From contig JAHHIM010000065.1 of the NCBI GenBank assembly GCA_019358915.1, positions 160,001 to 224,000 on the forward strand: a DNA stretch of 64,000 bases, in the 5' to 3' direction. Shown here piece by piece: positions 10,132-17,900 of this stretch; the first letter of the stretch is position 1, and every line of letters starts with the position of its first letter. The notes beneath the pieces are model-generated. The model had not been told where the DNA came from and made no database searches. It saw nothing but the letters and a program-made list of their open reading frames with translations. Source of the stretch: Trichormus sp. ATA11-4-KO1 (GTDB lineage: Bacteria > Cyanobacteriota > Cyanobacteriia > Cyanobacteriales > Nostocaceae). Made by a program: the position numbers and the translations under genes.

Positions 10132-12300
10132 ATGTTTGGTTTAGTTAAACTTCAAAACAACTATCAATGCGTTTCACAGTTGAGCGAGGAAGACTGTGGA
10201 GCAGCTTGTCTAGCTTCAATTAGCAAACATTATGGGCGGTTTTTAAGCATCAATCGCAGCCGAGAAGCAGTAGGCACTGGACAGCTAGGAACAACGCTGC
10301 TGGGTTTAAAGCGTGGAGCTGAGAATCTGGGTTTTAATGCTAGGGCGGTTAAAGCCTCGCCAGCCATCATAGACAGAATCAAAGAAGTGCAACTGCCAGC
10401 TATTATCCATTGGCGAGGCTATCACTGGGTTGTTTTATATAATCAACGAGGCAAAAAGTATGTAATTGCTGACCCGGCTGTAGGTATCCGTTATGTCACA
10501 AAAGAAGAGTTAACCGCCGCTTGGAACGGGGTGATGCTCTTACTAGAACCAGATCCAGAGCGCTTTTTTGCACAGCCCCAAGATAAACCAATCGGTGGCT
10601 TAGGACGCTTTATTAAACGGATCTTGCCTTATCGTGGTCTGCTAACTCAGGTTTTAATGCTCAACATTGTCCTAGGTGTACTCGCTTTGGGTTCTCCCGT
10701 CCTCATCCAAATACTCACAGATGATGTTCTCATCCGTGGTGATACTCAGTTACTTACTGTTGTGGTATCAGCAGTTGTAGTCATGACCGTATTTAGTAGC
10801 ACTCTGCAAGTATTGCAATCAACTATGATTGCTCACTTCGGTCAACGGCTGCAATTGGGTCTAGTTTTGGAGTTTGGGCGCAAGATGCTCCAGCTACCTT
10901 TGAATTACTACGAAGCCCGCCGTAGTGGTGAAATCACTAGCCGATTGCGAGATATCAATGACATTAATCAGTTGGTGTCGCAAATTGTAATTCTTTTACC
11001 TAGCCAGTTTTTCATTGCAGTGATTTCTTTTTGCTTAATGTTGTTTTATAGCTGGCAATTGACACTGGCAGTCATCGTCATCGGTGGTTTAATGACTTTA
11101 TCCACCTTGCCTTTTTTACCGATCCTGCAACAAAAAACCCGTAGTCTTTTGGTTTTGGGAGCAGAAAATCAAGGTGTATTAGTAGAAACCTTTAAGGGCG
11201 CACAAGTAATAAAAACTACAAATGCTGCTCCTCAATTCTGGGAAGAATTTCAAAGTCGTTTTGGTCGTCTGGCCAATCTGACGTTCAGCACTGTGCAGAT
11301 CGGCATTATTAACGGTACCATAGCAAGACTTTTTTCCACCATTGGCGGTGTGGCTTTACTGGGGCTAGGGAGTATTTTAGTGATTCGGGGACAATTAAGT
11401 ATCGGGCAAATGCTCGCTTTTAATGCATTACAGGTGAATGTTTTAAATTTAATTAATTCCTTAGTTGGCTTAGTCGATGACTATTATCGCTCACAAACAG
11501 CAATCTCTCGCCTCTTAGAAGTCATTGATGCTACGCCGGAGGTAGTTGGAGGTAGTCAAAAGCCAGTTGCTCAAATCTCTGGCGATGCAGATATCCATTG
11601 TTCCCACATTACATTTCACCATCCTGGCAGAATTGACTTGTTAGAAGATTTTTCGATTAAGCTTCCTGGTGGACAAGCGATCGCTTTAATTGGTAAATCT
11701 GGCTGTGGTAAAAGTACTTTAGCAAAACTGATTGCAGGTTTATACCAACCAACTTCAGGCAATATCCGCATTGGCTTGTACAATCTCGATGACCTAGCCC
11801 TGGATTGTTTACGACAACAAGTGGTGTATGTACCCCAGGAACCTCATTTTTGGAGTCGCTCGATTTTAGAAAATTTCCGTTTAGGAACACCCTACATCTC
11901 CTTTGAGGAAATTGTCAAAGCTTGCCATATTGCAGATGCAGATAGCTTTATCAGTCAACTGCCAAATAAATACCAAACTGTGTTAGGTGAATTTGGAGCT
12001 AATCTCTCTGGTGGACAAAGACAACGATTAGCGATCGCCAGAGGAATTCTTACTAATCCACCTGTACTAATTTTAGATGAAGCAACGGCAGGACTAGACC
12101 CAGTTAGTGAAGCTAGCGTGTTAGATCAAATATTGGCATACCGCAAAGGCAAAACGACAATCCTCATTACCCATCGTCCCAGTGTTGTCAATCGTGCTGA
12201 TTGGATTGTGATGTTAGAAAAAGGTCAAGTGCAACTACAAGGCACTCCAGATACTTTTCTCTCGCTAAAAGGAGAGCATTTAAAGTTTTTAACGTTATGA
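10132..12300 (+). CDS. Peptidase-containing ABC transporter (C39 peptidase, TMD, NBD)
   Basis: QLSEEDCGAACL (Cys), HWVV (His), ADPA (Asp); Walker A GKSGCGKST; LSGGQ; ILDEAT. Confidence 0.95.
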   Translation: MFGLVKLQNNYQCVSQLSEEDCGAACLASISKHYGRFLSINRSREAVGTGQLGTTLLGLKRGAENLGFNARAVKASPAIIDRIKEVQLPAIIHWRGYHWVVLYNQRGKKYVIADPAVGIRYVTKEELTAAWNGVMLLLEPDPERFFAQPQDKPIGGLGRFIKRILPYRGLLTQVLMLNIVLGVLALGSPVLIQILTDDVLIRGDTQLLTVVVSAVVVMTVFSSTLQVLQSTMIAHFGQRLQLGLVLEFGRKMLQLPLNYYEARRSGEITSRLRDINDINQLVSQIVILLPSQFFIAVISFCLMLFYSWQLTLAVIVIGGLMTLSTLPFLPILQQKTRSLLVLGAENQGVLVETFKGAQVIKTTNAAPQFWEEFQSRFGRLANLTFSTVQIGIINGTIARLFSTIGGVALLGLGSILVIRGQLSIGQMLAFNALQVNVLNLINSLVGLVDDYYRSQTAISRLLEVIDATPEVVGGSQKPVAQISGDADIHCSHITFHHPGRIDLLEDFSIKLPGGQAIALIGKSGCGKSTLAKLIAGLYQPTSGNIRIGLYNLDDLALDCLRQQVVYVPQEPHFWSRSILENFRLGTPYISFEEIVKACHIADADSFISQLPNKYQTVLGEFGANLSGGQRQRLAIARGILTNPPVLILDEATAGLDPVSEASVLDQILAYRKGKTTILITHRPSVVNRADWIVMLEKGQVQLQGTPDTFLSLKGEHLKFLTL

Positions 12301-12329
12301 AATATTACGCGGTGTGAGCAAGTAAAATC

Positions 12330-12647
12330 ATGTCGGAAAATAACACATCCCATAACTCAAAATTTTTCCAGTATCTTTCTGAAGAAGAACAAGAAAGCCT
12401 AGTTGGTGGACAAAATTTTAATCCCCTAGGTGACAGTAAATTTTTCTTCCAAAAAACTGACATTCAAACAGAAGCAGAAAATAAATTAAATCTTGCCGAT
12501 GCTGAATCTGGTTCACAAATCACCAAATATAATTTATCACAGGTTACTATGGCCTCTTCCATCACCTTTGGGTTACCAAACTTTAATTCTAGTAGTAATA
12601 GTCTAAATAATTTAATAAGTAAAATTTTAAGTGGATTGTTTTCCTGA
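12330..12647 (+). CDS. Double-glycine leader secreted peptide P4
   Basis: Leader FQYLSEEEQESLVGG; 29 nt downstream of the transporter; amphipathic C-terminus LNNLISKILSGLFS. Confidence 0.8.
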   Translation: MSENNTSHNSKFFQYLSEEEQESLVGGQNFNPLGDSKFFFQKTDIQTEAENKLNLADAESGSQITKYNLSQVTMASSITFGLPNFNSSSNSLNNLISKILSGLFS

Positions 12648-12700
12648 AGTGCCATTTGATTAATTAGTAATAGTTATAGAGGCATTAACATTTATGTTTC

Positions 12701-12832
12701 TATAGCAATCTTATTTAATTTCTAGACAGCGATAGGCTGAGACTCCCGACTTCTTGTAGACACCTTATACGTGTCTACAAGAAGATATAATTCGGGAAAT
12801 TTTTATTCATAAATCCATTTAGACTTGCTATA
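12701..12832. mobile_element. MITE-like element with internal 14-bp perfect hairpin
   Basis: Ends TATAGCAA / TTGCTATA; internal CTTCTTGTAGACAC-7nt-GTGTCTACAAGAAG (12750-12784). Confidence 0.55.
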
Positions 12833-13034
12833 TAAATATATCCGTATAATATTTAAAAACAACAAATTAAATCTTTGGCAAAAAGTCAGGTTTTAATTAA
12901 AATTACATGAGTCTAAAGAGGTAGATTTATTTAATGAATTTACAACCTTAGAATAATTTAAATCACAGGAGAATAATTAATAATAAAAACATAGGTGATT
13001 ACACACCTAAGTAAGTAAGTGAGGTTAATAATTT

Positions 13035-13286
13035 ATGTCAACCCAAATCATCACATCTGATTTGCTTGAAGAGTTATCCGCAGAACAACAACAGCTTCTA
13101 GCCGGCGGACAAAGAGGATTTGAAGACCAGCAATTCGACGATCAGCAATTTGAAGACCAGCAATTTGACGATCAGCAATTTGATGGAGAAGGTAGAGAAG
13201 ATAGACAAGATTTTACCCCTTCCAGAGGTCGTAGTGTTAAACGTGTTCCCATCCGCTTGACTGGTGTCCTTGAAGTTATTAAATAA
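13035..13286 (+). CDS. Double-glycine leader secreted peptide P5 with acidic F(E/D)DQQ repeats
   Basis: Leader LLEELSAEQQQLLAGG; TGAGG RBS; four 15-nt tandem units at 13119-13178. Confidence 0.85.
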   Translation: MSTQIITSDLLEELSAEQQQLLAGGQRGFEDQQFDDQQFEDQQFDDQQFDGEGREDRQDFTPSRGRSVKRVPIRLTGVLEVIK

Positions 13287-13614
13287 GGACTGAGTAGTTC
13301 CATAGTCTAAACTTTGCAATTAGTGATCCGAGAAGAAAACTTATATAACTCACTCAACTTAAATTAAGTTTTGAGAGAGTTTTGGTAGTAAAGTATGGTC
13401 TCTTATGACTCAAAAGCCAAAGAACAACTGCCAAATACAGCACCAAATTTTTCTCGACTATCACTCTAATTGCAAATAATTTTGACTATTTAGCAAATAC
13501 AGTTTTTACGGTAAAAAGTAAAGCCTTAGCCGTAATTTTACACCCATATAAGAAGTGAAGTTTTTTAGTATGGGTGTTACCTAACATTTATCTACGAGAT
13601 TGAGGCAATCAACC

Positions 13615-13857
13615 ATGTCAAAATCAATCATTCAATCTGAATTGTTTGTGGATTTATCCGCAGAAGAACAACAAATTCTTGCTGGTGGTCAAATATTATT
13701 AGGCGGACAAACTAGACCTGATATTACTGTCACTGGTATTCTCACTGATTCTAGCGGTCAACGTATTCCTGTGCGAATTTTAGGTTTCATTGCTAGACCT
13801 AGTGCTGGTGGAGGTTTTGGTGGTGCGGGTGGCGCACCTATTGGCGGTTTCCAATAG
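13615..13857 (+). CDS. Double-glycine leader secreted peptide P6
   Basis: Leader LFVDLSAEEQQILAGG followed by a second QILLGG; Gly-rich tail. Confidence 0.85.
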   Translation: MSKSIIQSELFVDLSAEEQQILAGGQILLGGQTRPDITVTGILTDSSGQRIPVRILGFIARPSAGGGFGGAGGAPIGGFQ

Positions 13858-13878
13858 TGTAGCTAAAGAATACTCTTA

Positions 13879-14022
13879 AGATGTTTAGACAGATTCTACT
13901 AAACATTAAAGCCATCAAAAAATTACCCTAACCTTTTCTGTAAAGAAGGGGGAAATTCAAAGCCTCTCTCCTCATAGAAGAAGAGAGGTTTATTTTTATA
14001 TCTTGTGACTTTTTAAACATCT
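13879..14022. mobile_element. Degenerate MITE-like repeat
   Basis: Ends AGATGTTTA / TAAACATCT; internal AAGCCTCTCTCC...AGAGAGGTTT hairpin. Confidence 0.45.
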
Positions 14023-14309
14023 CTTCTAACTTGTTCAATATAAATCAAGTTTATATAATTTGAGAAGCGATCGCCAAATATAACAGGTTTAGATAGATTG
14101 CTGTTAGATATATTTGTATATTTTTCACACTTGAATTAAAGCTAAATTTAGCATATATCAAAAGGTGGAATAACTGCTAGTTTATTTATCACTGTGGGAT
14201 CATTTAATCACCAATAAACATGTTTAGAAATAAAAGTATTAGAAGTAAACACCTGTATTCCTTGGGAAATAGGCGTGTACTTCTAATTGATGAAGTTGAG
14301 GAAAAAATT

Positions 14310-14504
14310 ATGTTAGTTCAAGACATCCAATCCGATTTGCTTGTGGATTTATCTACAGAGGAACAGCAGCTTGTATCTGGGGGCTTCGGCTACGGTGGCT
14401 ACGGTGGCTACGGTGGCTATGGTCGGGGTTTTAGTCCTGGCTTCGGCTACGGTGGCTATGGTCGTGGCTTCGGTCGTGGCTACGGCTTTGGTGGCTTTTT
14501 CTAA
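14310..14504 (+). CDS. Double-glycine leader secreted peptide P7 with Gly/Tyr/Phe/Arg-rich core
   Basis: Leader LLVDLSTEEQQLVSGG; TGAGG RBS; core FGYGGYGGYGGYGRGF...GGFF. Confidence 0.85.
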   Translation: MLVQDIQSDLLVDLSTEEQQLVSGGFGYGGYGGYGGYGRGFSPGFGYGGYGRGFGRGYGFGGFF

Positions 14505-14744
14505 GTGGCCAACAAAGTCCACAAACCGGGTAATCCCATAGTTTAAACTTGGCTGAGCCAGCAGAGATTTGTATAACTCATTTAAAACCAATCTAGTTTT
14601 GAATGAGTTATACTATCTCAAAAAATGTTTGCGATACATGTGCTCATATCTATAAATGGTTATAAAATGTGTTAGTTAGGAGCGTCCGACTGGCGGCGCG
14701 CTACCCGCTACGAAGGAAACAAACACATCCTTTCTGTTCCCTGT

Positions 14745-14801
14745 CACCGTTCGGACTTCGGCGTGAGCGCTTAGTCGAACGCTGACGCTCACGCCGAAGC
14801 C
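14745..14801. repeat. Small dispersed GC-rich palindromic repeat (SDR-like)
   Basis: CACCGTTCGGACTTCGGCGTGAGCGCT(T/C)AGTCGAACGCT; inverted copy at about 45391-45442. Confidence 0.7.
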
Positions 14802-14843
14802 TGTGTTTCTTCAGAGTTAATACCAATTTCCCTAATATGCAGC

Positions 14844-14974
14844 TAAGTAGGTGGGTGGGAAAATTTATCGCTAGGATAAGGCAGAAGGCAGAAGGCAGGA
14901 GGCAGAAGGGAAGAGGGTTTTAAGCTGATTCATATTTCTTTACATAGTTGATTTTATTTGTGCCTACCTACTTA
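14844..14974. mobile_element. MITE-like element with TAAGTAGGT / ACCTACTTA ends and AGGCAGA heptamers
   Basis: Inverted ends; right end overlaps the cheA/hmpE stop codon; related TAAGTAG...CTACTTA ends at 52321-52461. Confidence 0.6.
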
Positions 14975-17900
14975 CTTCGACTCAGTGCCTACTAGTTTTT
15001 CCCCTTTGAGCATCCGCACTGCGGCTTCAAGTAAAGCTTCTTCTAAATATGGCTTGGTAAAGTAGCCACTAGCACCGAGTTGAATTGCCATTTGTCTGTG
15101 TTTATCTGCGCCCCGTGAGGTGAGCATCGCAATGGGTAGATGATTGAGGCTAGAATCTTTCTGGATGCGAGAGAGCAATTCTAGACCATCACAACGCGGC
15201 ATTTCAATGTCACAAAATACGATATCGCAAGGTAGACCGGAGCGGAGTTTGTCCCAAGCTTCCTGACCGTCACGCGCCTGTTCAACGCGATAACCTGCTT
15301 TATTAAACGTCAGCGACAGTAACTCCCTAACTGTAATTGAGTCATCGACAATCAGCACTGTCGGATCAATCTTCTCCGCAGAAGTGTCTGGCAGGTTGGG
15401 AATATCTTGTTGCTGCCAAGATGTACTACCACTGTGTTTAGAAATCCGTCCTTGGAAGATGTCAATAATCTCCAGTACATCAGCAATTGGCATAATGCGA
15501 CCATCACCAAGGACTGTAGCACCAGCGACACCGATGGGTTTGGGTGCTGGGCTTTCAAATTGCTTAATGACAATTTCTTGTTCACTCAGCACTTGGTCAA
15601 TTTGTAGGGCAATCAAGGTATTTCCCGATCGCACCACCACAACTGACACCATATCATCATCTCGGTTGCCGCCATAAACATTACCGCGACTCAGTTGACG
15701 ATTAAAGGTTAAGAGTTCTTTCAAAGGTCGGAAAGGGAGTACTGTATCGCGCCAAGAAATATATGATTGTCCGTCGGCATTATGCTGGATATTTTTGACT
15801 GGTATATCAAGAGTATCTTCCACACCGTCCATCGGGAAGGCAATCCGCGCTTTATCGGAGACACAACAAAGAGCTTTGCAAATACTCAAGGTTAATGGCA
15901 GACGAATAGTAAAGGTCGTTCCTTTGCCGATGGTAGAGTCTGTATTAACTATGCCGCGAATTTCGCTAATTTCAGAACGCACCACATCCATTCCCACACC
16001 ACGGCCAGAAATCTCATCGGCTTTGTCTTTGATACTAAAACCCGGTTGGAATAGCAGGTCGTAAACTTCCATGCGCGAAATGGTTTTTGCTTGCTCTGCG
16101 GTAATCATTCCCATTTGCACCGCTTTGACCTTAACCCGTTCAGAATCGATACCAGCACCGTCATCACCTACGGAAATCACTGTTTGGTTACCTTGGTGAA
16201 ACGCACGGATGGTAATGTATCCCACAGGTTGCTTACCGCCTGCTTGCCTGATCTCTGGGGTTTCAATGCCATGAGCGATCGCATTATTCAACATATGGGT
16301 TAATGGGTCGGTGAGATGATCTAAAATCATCTTGTCAATTAAGGTGTCTCCGCCTTCAATCACCAACTCTACTTGTTTGCCATACTTGATGGCATTGTCC
16401 CGCACTCCTCGCCGCAAGCGATCAATGGCTTGGGAAAAAGGCACCATTCTAGCTCGTGTAAGTCCCTCTTGTAGCTGAGTGGTGACTTGACGAAATTGCC
16501 TCGCTACTCTTTCGGTTTCTTCAGTTACAAAGTCAATGTCACTCGCTGACTCACGCACCCGGACAATAAATTCAATCATTTCTTGGGATAGGGTGTGGAA
16601 AGGAGTAAAGCGATCCATTTCTAATTCACTAAAACCCCTGTCTGTATCTGCTTCTTCAGCGTGAAAGCTAATTTCTGTAGTTTCTTTGGTTTCTTTAGTT
16701 TTGCGACTGGCTAGAAGTGAAGCTTCCAAGAGCGATCGCTCATATAATTCTTGCATCCTTGCGCCCACATCCGAGAGCTGTTGCACCTGAATTAGCAAGT
16801 TATCTAATGATTGTCGCAGCCGTTCATGATCCTGTTCTAAAGTATTGCGGTTTACCACCAACTCCCCAACTAAATTACTCATATCGTCCAGCTGCTTAAC
16901 TGGCACTTTCATTGTTTCTTCAAATCTGGCAGTACGACGAGTAGAAGAACGGGGGATTTTGCTGGTGTTTGGTTTTATTGGCGCTGAGTGGGAGATAGTT
17001 TGATCTGCTTCTGCTAGCAGTTTCTCCAAATCGCTAAATTCATCATCTACATCTGCTGATGCAATAATTTGACTGACAGTTTGGTTAGTATTTGGTGTAA
17101 TTTGTTGTGTGTAGGATGCCTGCTCATCATCGTTGTCTGTACCCAACAAAGCTTCCAAAGCGGCAAAATCTTCTTCTGGTATGGAACTAGCTGCTAATTC
17201 TGCATCTAGTAATGCTTCTAATTCAGCAAATTCATCTTGGATATATGTATCGGTATTATTTTGTTCAGTAGCTGCTGCGTCTGTAGTTTCTGCGGTTACT
17301 GATACTGATATTACTTCTTCAGGTGGGATTAAATTAGCAGCTTCGCTCTCAGCTACTAATGCAGTTTCAGATGTTAAATATTCTGCTTCTAGATTGAGTG
17401 CTAGTTGCTCGGTTTCTATTGCTGATGAATCAGTATCTAAATCCGGTTTTTCGGTTTCCTCTATCGTTATTTCTGTAATATCATTAATTGTGGTGTCGTT
17501 GGCTACTGTATTTAATAAATCTGCTTCTGAATTGAGTGCTTTCTGCTCAACTTCTATTACTAATGAATCAGGTTCTGCAATTTCTTCTATTGTTCTTTCT
17601 GTTGAATTAGCATTAACGCTAATATCTAACAATTCTAATTCGCTTTGGGACTCTTGTAAGTTTAAATCTTCTGTAAAACTTATATCTGAAAAGAATGCTT
17701 CTTCATCCTCAACCAGATTTTCTACACTTTCTAATTGGATATAAGTTGAGTTATCTGTAGAGGCTGTGTCATTAAATAGGATTTGTGGATTCTCATCCAG
17801 AGAATCAAATAAATCAAGTTCCAAATCTGCCAATGTTTGGGTAAATACGGGCTGATTAGTAAATTCGGGTGTGAAATCTAGAGCTTCTGGTTCTTGGGAA

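Noticed and set aside
13119..13183. Tandem 30-nt repeats as a possible CRISPR array
   Set aside because: No spacers, in-frame coding repeat within P5, and no cas genes in the window
14220..14309. Upstream in-frame extensions of precursors (P7 from 14220; MRLTI in P1-P3)
   Set aside because: These stretches contain the TGAGG RBS; the downstream ATGs align all leaders to the same length
17133..17744. 203-aa Ser-rich plus-strand ORF and similar ones inside hmpE/hmpD
   Set aside because: Antisense shadows of acidic low-complexity linkers
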